Positions 1 to 11,780 of a stretch of DNA of 64,000 bases are shown piece by piece (positions within the stretch are counted from its first letter, which is position 1; the number at the start of each line of letters is the position of its first letter). A program made the translations under genes and the position numbers. The stretch lies in NCBI RefSeq assembly GCF_006345805.1, contig NC_043007.1, forward strand, positions 25,420,001-25,484,000, in the 5' to 3' direction. The DNA is from Octopus sinensis. Lineage: Eukaryota. The notes beneath the pieces are model-generated. The model was not told the DNA's origin, did no database searches, and saw only the letters and a list, made by a program, of their open reading frames with translations.

Positions 1-115
1 AAACGAGTAGTACCTGTATTTCAAAAAGGGTCAGCCTTGTCACTCTCTGTGCCACGCTGAATCTCCCTGAGAACCACGTTAAGGGTACACGTGTCTGTGG
101 GAGTGCTCAGCTGTT
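1..115 (+). mobile_element. 3' part of SINE family C copy (truncated by window edge)
   Basis: gagtagtacctgtatttcaaa...gctgaatctc...gtgctcagc matches the 3' portion of the copy at 48480-48790. Confidence 0.6.
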
Positions 116-880
116 AATTTTGACTGCTATTTCTAGCAAATCGAATGTGTCTATGTAGATGCATGTAGTCATGTTCCTTGGGTTGTTTATGCGGGTATTA
201 TAAAAGGGGGTGGATATCTTGTCTGTGTGCAGATCCTTTTTCTAGGGAGCAGCTGTGTCCTCCATATTGACACCTATCTAATATTATGCTATGTACAATT
301 GTAATCGAACCGACGAGGTGTCTCTATGCAAACATTCAAATGCTAAAAATAGCAGCCTAATTAACTTTTATCTCAGGTGGATAATGCAGACCAAAACAAT
401 ATTCCTGGAAAAAAATAAGGCGTGATGGTCACGGTTTGAATGTTGTTGGTTGTATGCTCGTTCCGAGATGAGATGGGGCTAAACAAATGGTATCCAAGCC
501 AACGAGAGATCCTCCATGTGGTTGCTCAATTCGATCGCCTAGAAATAACAGCTATTAATCCTTCATTGTCACACAGTACTTTCTTTAAAAAAAAAAAAGG
601 GGTGGGGATTCATTTAATAATACAGTAAACGCTTTTCGGGACCCACAGGGCCTGAGTAAAAAATGAAAAAAAAAAAAAAGTATAGTCATGACTGGAATTC
701 ATTCACATGCTTACATGTGTGTGTGTGTGTGTGTGATTATCTAAGATTTCTTGCCAATAGAGAAAGTGTCGGTTTCTAACCTAGATCCAAGGCTCCTTCA
801 TTGGAATTTCAACATCTACAACAGGGTGTATGTATGTATGTATGTATGTATATATATATGTATGTATGTATGTATGTATA

Positions 881-1290
881 CTTTTTTACTCTTTTACTTG
901 TTTCAGTCATTTGACTGCGGCCATGCTGGAGCATCGCCTTTTAGTCGAGCAAATCGACCCCGGGACTTATTCTTTGTAAGCCCAGTACTTATTCTATCGG
1001 TTTCTCTTTTGCCGAACCGCTAAGTGACGGGGACGTAAACACACCAGCATCAGTTGTAAAGCAATGCTAGGGGGACAAACACAGACACACACACACACAC
1101 ACACTTACATATATATACATATATACGACAGGCTTCTTTCAGTTTCCGTCTACCAAATCCACTCACAAGGCATTGGTCGGCCCGGGGCTATAGCAGAAGA
1201 CACTTGCCCAAGATGCCACGCAGTGGGACTGAACCCGGAACCATGTGGTTGGTTAGCAAGCTACTTACCACACAGCCACTCCTGCGCCTA
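881..1290 (-). mobile_element. Full-length tRNA-derived SINE, family A (CORE-like cttgggcaagtgtctt block; possibly octopus OR2-type)
   Basis: Minus strand reads ggcgcaggagtggctgtgtggtaag (A box) ... ggttcagtccc (B-box-like), internal (TG/TA)n, 3' (agtaaaag)n tail; near-identical to the copies at 18120, 30290, 34742, 43902 and 59799. Confidence 0.9.
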
Positions 1291-1714
1291 TGTATGTATA
1301 ATAATAATAATAATAATGATGATGATGATGATTTCAAATTTCGCCATATGGACAACAATTTTAGGGCAGGGGATGAGTTGATTACATCGACCCCCTCCCC
1401 CGTGTTTAACTGATACTTAGTTTATCGACCCCCGAAAGGATGAAAGGCAAAGTCGATCACGGCTATGTATGTATGTGTCTGTGCGTGTGTGTGTGTGTTT
1501 CGGTGTGTTCATAGAAGCAATGCTTGTCCCATCCATTGCTGGTTCCGTTTCCTATCGATTTTATTTATTACTTATTTATTGCTGCAAAACTATGTTGTTG
1601 TCGTGTCTTGCTAATTTTTCTTTCTTTTCTATTCGACCAGCTAGAAAGAAGCTGGTCGAGATGTGGTTGAATTTTGGGTTCTAATAATCATCAACTTCGA
1701 AGCAATTAGGCGAC

Positions 1715-1977
1715 TCTTCTTCTTCTTCTTCTTCGCCTTCTTCTATCTCGCCTTTTTTCTTCTCTTCTTCTTCTTTCTTCTTCGTCTTCTTCTTCTTCTA
1801 TTCTTCTTCTTCTTCTTCTTCTTCTTCTTCTTCTCTTCTTCTTCGCCTTCTTCTTCGCCTTCTTCTTCTTTTTCTTCTTCTTTTTCTTCTTCTTCTTATT
1901 ATTATTTTCCTCCTCCTTCTTCTTCTTCTTCTTCTTTATCTTCCTCTTTATCTTCTTCTTCATCATCATCATCATCA
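1715..1977. repeat. (TTC)n / (TCA)n microsatellite
   Basis: Directly visible; explains the poly-F/S/K/R ORFs. Confidence 0.95.
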
Positions 1978-2237
1978 AAGGTCTTGGTTGTCTGACTTGA
2001 CTTTTTTCCTTCTTTCTTTAAAATCTGATGTAATATTTACAAATATAACGTCTTTCGGTCCACTTAGAAACACAGTTGACTTGGCTGAAATTGTTGTGTG
2101 CAAAAATCTATGGGCAATAAGCATATTTAAGTCATGTTTACAATTACAAGGTTAGTTATCTGATGGATATTTTACAAAAATATTTTCAGATAGTTTTATT
2201 ATTACTATTATCATTATTATTATTATTATACAAATCC

Positions 2238-2702
2238 CGCCAAGGTCGACTTTGCCTTTCATCCTTTCGGGGTCGATTAATTAAGTACCAGTTAAACACT
2301 GGGGATCGATTTAATCAACTCATCTCCTCCCCTAAAATTGTTGCCCTTGTGGCGAAATTTGAAATCATCATCATCATCATCATCATCATTATTATTATAT
2401 TATTATTATCATCCTTTCATCGAGGTCGACTTTGCCTTTCATCCTTTCGGGGTCGATAAATAAAGTACCAGTGAAACATTAGGGTCGATGTTATCGATTA
2501 GTACCCACACACCAAGTTTCAGATCTTGTGCTTTCAGCAGAAAAGATTATTATTATTATTATGATTTCGTCGAGGTCGACTTTACTTTTTCATCCTTTCG
2601 GGGGTCGATAAATAAAGTACCAGTGAAACACTGGAGATCGATGTAATCGATTAGTCCCCTTCCCGCAAATTTCAGGCCTTGTGCCTTTAGTAGAAAGGAT
2701 TA
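2238..2702 (+). mobile_element. Three tandem 3' halves of SINE family B separated by (TTA/TCA)n
   Basis: aggtcgactttgcctttcatcctttcggggtcgat...aagtaccag recurs at about 2243, 2423 and 2573. Confidence 0.8.
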
Positions 2703-3042
2703 TCATTTTATTATTTTTCTAACTGAAGCAGAAAGCCAGCTGTTTTGAGGGGAGGGGACGTTAGACGATACTGTCGGCCTTCGTGCACCCGATTGATATT
2801 TTAGTTTATCGACCTGGGTCAGCTAAATTACTTGAGTCGATGTTATCGACTAACGCTCTCCATTCAGGCTTGCATCTATATTTTTTTTTTAAATTACAAG
2901 TTTACGAGAAGAATTTTTCTTTCTTTTCGAAAGTTTGCAACCCTAAATAAAAGTCATGGGGCCTATTTTTAAAGATTGCTTTTGGACCAAAACCGCTTGT
3001 GTTTGCCAAACTGTTTTGATAGCGTTTACCCAACAAGACTTC

Positions 3043-3073
<31 letters not shown>

Positions 3074-3196
3074 AATTAGGGTATCTACGAGATACCACCA
3101 TGCTGAAAATAGCAGCCAAGATCTGACTCTAAAACCACCTTAATTGTCCATATATCAACACGGAGAGAAAACAAAGAGACAAGATAAAACTAGTAA

Positions 3197-3228
<32 letters not shown>

Positions 3229-3714
3229 TCCAACGGTTCTGATGATTATAGTTGAAGAATGAGTCTTTTAATGAGTCTGCGATATCGTTAAACATTTGGG
3301 TTTTTACTTTTAAAGATCCAGAGATCTCTATCAAGCCGAATTCTCGTTCTCTTTCATTCTATGAATGAAAGAAAGTGAAAGGAAACAAACAAACAAAAAA
3401 ATGAAAAAAAAAAAGAAGAAATGTGATCGTCGAAGTGGTGCCAGACATATCAGCCAGACCATTTTATTTCCACATCGTAAACCTTAGTTTGTGTTCTGGC
3501 AGCAATTTTGAAATGTGAAACCGAAAGTAATTTTACTCATTCACATAAGCCTGCCTTTTTATAATCTCGGATCTTTACACACACTGAAATATAAAAATGG
3601 CTCAAGTGGAAGGACACGAGAAAATAATTGACATATTTATCCTCATAGATTAGTATATTTTTATATATATTATAGATAATTGTGTGCATGTTATACACAC
3701 ACACAAACGTATAT

Positions 3715-3923
3715 ATAAATATGTATATATATATATATATATATACGTTTATGTAAATATATATATAAATATATAAATACGTTTATGTAAATATATATAT
3801 ATATATATATATATAAATATATAAATACGTTTATGTAAATATAAATATATAAATACGTTTATGTAAATATAAATATATAAATACGTTTATGTAAATATAT
3901 ATATATATAAATACGTTTATGTA

Positions 3924-3971
<48 letters not shown>

Positions 3972-3990
3972 GTTTATGTAAATATATATA
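3715..3990. repeat. AT-rich minisatellite (aaatatataaatacgtttatgt) mixed with (TA)n
   Basis: About 7 copies of acgtttatgtaaa. Confidence 0.85.
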
Positions 3991-4453
3991 ACATTATACA
4001 CTCACGTTGTGTATGTTTGCGCGGGCGTGTGCATAAATGTAGTATAAAGACAATAAGCGTGTATATATACTGATGTTTATATACAATCTGCATGCATAAA
4101 TTATACAATCTGCATGCATAAATATTTCTGTTTATTTTTCTCGATTAAATTTCACTAAATCTGTAACAATTCACACCAGCTATTTAGCAGAAATATGGAT
4201 TTATCTGAATCGATACCACATTAATATCCGACAGGGTGATTCCCTGACCGAAGCAGCAATATTCTTCAGTGTGTAGGAAACACACACACACACACACAAA
4301 CGGGTGTTCATGAGTGTGTGCGTGTGTGTGTGTATACACAACCTCGCTCGTATATACCGATTAATCTGCTTGCTCGATATATATTTTCTTTCGTTATATT
4401 TTCCAAATATATATTATCTACGTGGACTTTTCACATAAAATGGCCAGATAACT

Positions 4454-4515
<62 letters not shown>

Positions 4516-4524
4516 TATGTATAT

Positions 4525-4737
4525 AGATAGATCTGTGTGTGTATGTATGTATACATGGATAGTTCTGTGTGTGTGTGTGTATATATATATCTATATATAA
4601 ATATATACAGAGAGAGAGAGAGAGAGAGAATGCATGTATACATGGATGGTTCTGTGTGTGTGTGTGTATGTATATATATATGCATACATATATACAGAGA
4701 GAGAGAGAGAATGTATGTATGTATACATGGATAGTTC

Positions 4738-4790
<53 letters not shown>
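4525..4790. repeat. Three-copy compound tandem repeat (~85-90 bp; tgtatacatggat(a/g)gttc(TG)n(TA)n(AG)n)
   Basis: Core tgtatacatggat.gttctgtg at about 4548, 4635 and 4720. Confidence 0.85.
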
Positions 4791-4797
<7 letters not shown>

Positions 4798-5159
4798 AAC
4801 AGAGATAGAGAGAGGAGTTCCTATTAAATTATAGGATACGCGAGACGTTTTTCCCTCTACGGATATTTATTTCGCCTTCCATTACTTCCGGGGTCGGATA
4901 TTGATCTGAAATTAACTGCAGCCCAACCCTCCGTCCAAAATTATTATTGTTGTTATTATTGTTATCAATTTTTTTTGTTATTGTTGTTATCTTATTACGG
5001 TTATTATTTCTTTTTACAAGTCGATAAAATCGGTTCCGGTGAAGCTGTGATTCTGCGGGTGGGTAGAGGGTGGATATACGTAGCTTAATGTTTCTTCCCT
5101 CGAAATAAATGATTGTTTTGTATCTTATCTATATTGATTTCAAGTTTTGGCACAAGGCC

Positions 5160-5352
5160 AGCAGTTTCGAGGGAGGGTGCAAGTCGATTATATAGACCCC
5201 AGTGCTCAACTAGTACTTATTTTATCGACCCCGAAAAGCATGAAAGGCAAAGTCTACCTTGGTGGAATTTGAACTCAGAATGTAAAGACGGACGAAATGC
5301 CGCTAAGCATTTTGTCCGGCGTGCTAATTAAATGATTCTGCCAGCTCGCCGC
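5160..5352 (-). mobile_element. SINE family B copy
   Basis: Reverse complement of ggcgagctggcagaatc...gttcaaattcc...ttcggggtcgataaa. Confidence 0.8.
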
Positions 5353-5646
5353 ATACATATCTATAATAGAAATAATCCATATTCACGGGTCAACGAGGTC
5401 TCTCTAACTGCTAGAAATAACAGCTAAGGACACAGTATCATCTACCGTAATGACTAATTGAAGAAGGAAGAAATAAAAGGACTTGGAGACTTTTGATCTT
5501 AGAGAACTTGAAAAGAAAAAGAGAAATCTGGTGAAAATTTGAAACATTTCAATTGGTTGGAAGAATTTTTAAAATTCGGTGTGTTCGATTATGACTAATC
5601 TTGGTCTAAACATTAAATTACAACATAACAACAAGATTGCCTGACA

Positions 5647-6058
5647 GGCGATCTTTCGTCTCTAGTAGACCTTTCCGTCGATTTCCGTAAAATTTTTTTT
5701 TTTTTACATATGGGCTTGCGGGAACTTTTGAAGTAATATACATACATATACACATACACCGAGTAAAAAATTTCAGTTATCTCTTTCTTTCACACATTAC
5801 TCTGTCTCTTCACACACACTAACAGAAGCATTTCACTTACACAACATACTGTCTGTCTCCCACACCCCATCAAACACACACACACATCAATGCTTCCCCT
5901 GGACGGTAACTTCAAAAGAACTTCCCTCGTCATACAATCGCTTTCTCTTAGTCTCTTTCGCCCTCATTACTTCAAAAGTTCCCGCAAGCCCATATGTAAA
6001 AAGAAAAAAATTTTTTACGGAAATCGACGGAAAGGTCTACTAGAGACGAAAGATTGCC
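5647..6058. mobile_element. MITE / foldback-like non-autonomous DNA element with ~90-bp terminal inverted repeats
   Basis: 5647-5737 (ggcgatctttcgtctctagtagacctttccgtcg...gaagtaat) is the near-perfect reverse complement of 5966-6058; non-coding interior; no clear TSD. Confidence 0.85.
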
Positions 6059-6654
6059 GTGTCGTTTTTGTTACACTTATGGACCTGTGTTGCAAACAAC
6101 TATCGTTACGGTTGGGTAGACTCATTAGAGCGTCCGACAAAGTACTTTGCGCTGTTCCGTTTCCAACTCGTTGCATTTTGAGTTCAAATCACGAGGTGTC
6201 AGGTGATGCCCGCGACCGTGCTTGGCTGTTCTAACGCCTTAGCCTCGCCTTCGTGATCGTGTTGGCTTGCTTCATTCAGTCGGTTCCGCCGAACCTTGTA
6301 GTGTGCGACCAATTAACGCACTAGGTGTTGATGTTTTTTCTCTCTCTCTTTTCCTATTTTTTTTTCTTTCTTCTCTTAAATTCCAGGCATTTTGTTCTAA
6401 ATTAGAAACAATTATTATTGTTGTTATGCAGGACTCTGTACGGCTCGGCTGCCCTCATAATATGATCATGGGCACTTTGGGATGTACAGAGTTCCTGTAT
6501 GGATGAGGAAGGTGGTCAGATCCACAGTGGTACTCTTCTGATCCACCTGAGATGGTAGCTTCTCCATGCCTGTCTGTGTGCGTTGGGTTGTCTGTATTTT
6601 TTATTGATTGATTGATTGTGTGTGTGTGTGTGTGTGTGGTGTGCATGCGTAGGC

Positions 6655-7005
6655 AACCAGTGGCGGAATGGTTAAAAACACCAGGTCGTGACCGCGAGGT
6701 CTCAGGTTCGGTCGGCTCTACTGCCTGACATCTTGGTGTACTTTTAATTTTCTACAACTTTGGGTCGACCCGTATTTTGTAAATGGAATTAGGTATTCGG
6801 AAACTGTATAGAAGCCCATCTGATGAATTTCGCTTGTGATTTTAAACGGTGTAAACTTGTCATACATTGTGTAACATGGATTCTGTTTGGGAAATACGTT
6901 AAGGGCACGTGCTTGGGCATTCCGCTGGCACTTGAGCGTCAATTCAGGAGCAGGTAATTCAGTTGTTAGAACGATTGAATCGTCATCGTCAAACGGCGGA
7001 GTTTC
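6655..7005 (+). mobile_element. Old diverged tRNA-type SINE
   Basis: gtggcggaatggttaa (A box) ... caggttcggtcgg (B-box-like), then ggaaactgtatagaagccc resembling family A. Confidence 0.5.
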
Positions 7006-7023
7006 CCCACCACCACCGCCACA

Positions 7024-7072
7024 TCTATCTATCTATCTATCTATCTATCTACCTACCTATCTACCTACCTAC

Positions 7073-7138
<66 letters not shown>

Positions 7139-7161
7139 GTCTGTCTGTCTGTCTGTCTATC

Positions 7162-7211
<50 letters not shown>

Positions 7212-7257
7212 GTCTATCTGTCTGTCTGTCTATCCTATCTATCTATCTATCTATCTG

Positions 7258-7304
<47 letters not shown>

Positions 7305-7327
7305 GTCTATCTGTCTGTCTGTCTATC

Positions 7328-7389
<62 letters not shown>

Positions 7390-7465
7390 GTCTGTCTGTC
7401 TGTCTGTCTATCCTATCTATCTATCTGTCTATCTATCTATCTATCTATCTGTCTATCTATCTATC

Positions 7466-7513
<48 letters not shown>

Positions 7514-7543
7514 GTCTGTCTGTCTGCTGTCTACCTATCTATC

Positions 7544-7582
<39 letters not shown>

Positions 7583-7628
7583 GTCTATCTGTCTGTCTGT
7601 CTATCCTATCTATCTATCTATCTATCTG

Positions 7629-7667
<39 letters not shown>

Positions 7668-7709
7668 CTATCTGTCTATCTGTCTGTCTGTCCTATCTAT
7701 CTATCTATC

Positions 7710-7756
<47 letters not shown>

Positions 7757-7818
7757 GTCTGTCTGTCTGTCTGTCTATCCTATCTATCTATCTGTCTATC
7801 TATCTATCTATCTATCTG

Positions 7819-7849
<31 letters not shown>

Positions 7850-7850
7850 G

Positions 7851-7881
<31 letters not shown>

Positions 7882-7943
7882 GTCTATCTGTCTGTCTGTC
7901 TATCCTATCTATCTATCTATCTATCTATCTGTCTATCTGTCTG

Positions 7944-7974
<31 letters not shown>

Positions 7975-8097
7975 GTCTATCTATCTACCTACCTACCTAC
8001 CTATCTATCTATCTATCTATCTGTCTATCTATCTACCTACCTACCTACCTACCTACCTACCTACCTATCTACCTATCTATCTATCTATCTATCCATC
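7024..8097. repeat. ~1.07-kb (TCTA)n/(TCTG)n/(CCTA)n (GATA-type) microsatellite array
   Basis: Directly visible; source of the 442-aa and 401-aa YLSI ORFs. Confidence 0.98.
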
Positions 8098-8163
8098 CAC
8101 ATTCATACACGCACGAATATATACACAATGCACGAACACACGCACACTTATTATACACATACG

Positions 8164-8200
<37 letters not shown>

Positions 8201-8239
8201 TATACACACACATAATCACACGACTTCGCTCCCACATAA

Positions 8240-8690
8240 TATATGGGTGCGTGTGAATCCGTTTTATTCTTTGTATCTATTATAAAATATATTTCCTATA
8301 TAATTAACCAAAGTTCACGGTATTAAAATGGGGGAGAGAAAATAATAAGCAGATCAAGTAAATAAATAATTAAAGCAGAGGCATGCACACTCCTTCGTGT
8401 ATAACATCGCGCCAAAGGGGAACTGGTGTTTCGAGAAACCCTCCCTCTAAAACACATGTTATTACCCTGTGGGTAATTGCAAGGCCGAGGCGTTTAAACA
8501 ACAGCCATCCAGGCACCTTGCCGTATTGATTTGTATCAAATTTTGAAACATGTCCTCACATATTGCAATAACGTCCTTCCTTTGCTCCACCCCTCATTTT
8601 ATCATGGCTAAATATTTGTACATCCATGGCTCGTCCTGTAAATTCCTTTTGGAACACGATTTTTGTATGCATGAATGTGCGCGGTCGTTG
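8240..8690 (-). other. Candidate terminal exon of an unidentified minus-strand transcript
   Basis: Minus-strand acceptor tctctcatttatttttcag immediately before 8690, non-repetitive sequence, AATAAA at about 8262-8267; no recognisable protein. Confidence 0.3.
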
Positions 8691-8974
8691 CTGAAAAATA
8701 AATGAGAGAAATCATTATTATTAATATCATTATTACTATTATCATTATTATAAAAGAAACCATCGTTATTGTAATTATTATTATTATTATTGTTATTATT
8801 GTTGTTGTTGTCGTTTGGATGTCGATAAAATATGTGCCGGTCGTGTCACGTGTAGTGTGTGTTCTTGTAATCTGTGCTAGGAGGAATCTGCTGAAGATAA
8901 CAACCCGAATGCTTGCTTGGTCTTCCTGAAAAATTCGTGGCCTTGTGCCAGTCAATGCTTTGCTTGATGTAGGA

Positions 8975-9260
8975 GTCGCTTACATGGTCGGTTGATCTGC
9001 TAGTAATAACAGCCAGATCTCCTAATCACACCCCTGTCTTGCTAAAGAAAAGATAGATACACTGGATAATGTCACCCTACACTCATACATTTTGGACGAC
9101 ATCATCCAATGTGTACATGTGTGTTTGTGTGTGTATGTATGTATGGCAAAGATACACTGCCTGGCATTAAAAAAGGGGTATTGTAACGGGGCTAGAATGC
9201 CTTTGATTATAGGTCTACTTGTTCAAGACTACCCTGGGGGGTGTTAAACGACATCAACAA
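8975..9260 (-). mobile_element. Ancient dispersed repeat (family E: ggctgctatttctagc / cagacctatgatcaaaggcattccag)
   Basis: Related decayed pieces at about 125-600, 3100, 5390, 22000-22260, 23510-23700, 33250, 49040-49160 and 52110-52460. Confidence 0.55.
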
Positions 9261-9334
9261 CCATCATTATTAATATTATCATCATCACCATCATTATTAT
9301 TATCAATATTGTTGTTGTTGTTTTTCATGTTGTT

Positions 9335-9600
9335 AGCAGATTTGCTTTGTCTGGCGGCGGCGGCGGCGGTGGGGGGTGGGTGTTGGCGGCGACGGTGACG
9401 GTGGTGGTGGCGGCGGTGGTTGTGTCTGTCTGTCTTCTACTTCAGATATCGATTTGCGATCACGAGGTATGTGATACGATTGCAATAAAAACAGTTTTTC
9501 CCCTCCCTCTTTCACCGCCACTGCCGAACGTCGAACATCGAACATCGTAGACTCTTGTGGAATGTGTCAGGCGCTTCGTTTAGAATCTCCCCCACCCACC
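9335..9600. promoter_or_regulatory. CpG/GGC-rich island, possible promoter or first exon
   Basis: (GGC)n runs and dense CpG, GAG|GTATGT donor at 9466/9467, flanking (CT)n; lies just left of the onset of CpG depletion. Confidence 0.4.
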
Positions 9601-9616
9601 CCATACACACACTCTT

Positions 9617-9667
<51 letters not shown>

Positions 9668-10024
9668 ATCTCTCCCTCTCTCGCCCTTCCTCTTCTCCGC
9701 TTCACTACCAACTCTCACTAACTCTTACCCTCACTCACTACAAAGTGCAAGTTCATAATCTGAAGACCAGTGTTTTTGTAAATTGTATACAATAATGATT
9801 TTTTGTTCATCCACACACAACACAACACAACACAAAACACAGCACAACGCGCACACACACACACTTGTATATATTTATATATATATCTATGCTTATGTTT
9901 ATTTGTGTGTTTGTGTGTATGTGTTGGGGGGGGGGAATATATCTGTAAATATATGTAGTATATCTACAAACATTTGTTATGTGTGCAAATGCATCTGTTA
10001 GTGTGAACGAAATAGACATGAGTA

Positions 10025-10057
<33 letters not shown>

Positions 10058-10583
10058 CAATTTCTATTTTAATATGTACGTGTGTGCTGGACACGTGTGT
10101 GTTGCGGAAGAGATCCTGAGTGACGGGGGTAGAGGATGCCATTGGCATTCGCAGACTGGTCAGACCAATGCTACTAATGTTTCTTTTGAACGACCGCAAG
10201 TTGGCGGCTACAGGGCAGCAGCTCCCACTGGACTGGACCAACATTCTGGGGACTAAGGACTGGGCATTAGGCGGGTTAGGCGGAGATAATCATCGTCGTC
10301 GTCGTTTTAGCGTCCACTTTTCCATGCTTGCATGGGTTGGATGGAATTGAGTCAGGTTTTCTACCGCTGGAGCCCCCTCCTATCGCTACCCCTCATATGT
10401 TTGTTTCCAGGACAGGTTTTTCATGGAATATTAGAAATGAATGACACTGCTTATATGACAGTGATACTTATTTACAGCTATCACGAGACAAAAACATACA
10501 ACCTCACTAACACACATACATGTATATATATATATATGTATGTGAATGCATATATATGTGTGTATGTATGTATATATATATAT

Positions 10584-10628
<45 letters not shown>

Positions 10629-10632
10629 ATAT

Positions 10633-10663
<31 letters not shown>

Positions 10664-10859
10664 ATCAGCCGAAATTGCGAGGATGATCCGGTTCTTGACT
10701 GAGGATAAAAGGTTTCGAATGACCTGTCCTTGTTTTTTTGTATCGTCTATCTGGATGTTTTGTTGTCTCTTTTTGTATCACCTAGTTGTCCGGATGTTTT
10801 GCGTTCTTGTCCCATTTTGGATTTTATATATATACATATGCCATATAAAAATCACCATC

Positions 10860-11157
10860 CAAATGTGGCTGATGCCAGTACTCCCTGACTGGCTCCCCTA
10901 CTGGTGGCACGTAAAAAGCACTACCCAAATGTGATTGATGCCAGGCCTGCCTGACTGGCTCCTGTGCCAGAGGCATGTAAAAAGCATCCACTCCACTCCT
11001 GGAGTGGTTGGCTCTGGGAAGGGCATCCAACTGTAGAAACATTGCCAGATCAGATTGGAGCCCGGTGCAGCTGCTTGCTCTCCAGAACGTCAGTCAAACC
11101 ATCCAACCCACACCAGCATGGAAAACAGACGTTAAACGATGATGATGATGATGATGG
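10860..11157 (+). mobile_element. RTE LINE 3' tail fragment ending in (GAT)n
   Basis: Matches 41520-41810 of the RTE element (gggcatcca.ctgtagaaac...ccaaccca...gttaaacgatgatg). Confidence 0.85.
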
Positions 11158-11209
11158 TACACACACACACACACACACGCAGTCCAATTGAATATTAAAA
11201 GTTGAACAT

Positions 11210-11555
11210 TAACAATCAGACATTAGAAATAACACTAGCAAAACGACAAGAGCGCATACACATGGAATATATTAGTTTGACGCTTGGTAAAGGTGGGAAG
11301 AAAAGTGGGATTTTGACATTTCAAGCATAGCTCTTTGTCAGAAAGGAAAATGGAAAAGCCCCGAGAAGGAGAAGTTTCTCATAAATCAATAGCAGTGTAC
11401 AAAAAGATCCCAAGTAGTACAGAGTTCCAGTGGTTGTCCAGGTGGACTTCGGTGGGAAGGTAGTCTTTGAGAGGTGGCAAAAGCCCAAGAAGTGGGTCCG
11501 AAGGGATAATCCGAGAGAGGAGGAGGTTCTGTCAGGCAGGATCAATCTGGGGTTG
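11210..11555 (-). mobile_element. Penelope-like terminal fragment with decayed minimal hammerhead motif
   Basis: Minus 11344-11311: ttt CTGACAA agagctatgctt GAAAT GTC aaaa; related to the pieces at 54.6 and 54.9 kb. Confidence 0.5.
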
Positions 11556-11780
11556 ATTGTATGAGCGTATTTTATATATAGTCCAAAATAAGTCTCTAAC
11601 GTTACAGACTTACATTTTTCTTGAGCATAACCTAATACACCCTGTTTGTGTTTTCTTAATTTGGACTATATGTCTGTCTGTCTGTCTGTCTACAAAGATG
11701 CTGAAGCAGCAGCATCATCAGCATCAGTTTACATCCACTTTTCTATGTTGGCATGGGTTGGACAGGTTTTCTAACAAGTG

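Noticed and set aside
6887-8215. 442-aa and 401-aa ORFs
   Set aside because: Translations of the (TCTA)n array (YLSI repeats); no coding complexity
10090-10290. GC-rich unique segment with short ORFs
   Set aside because: No splice signals or recognisable protein in any frame
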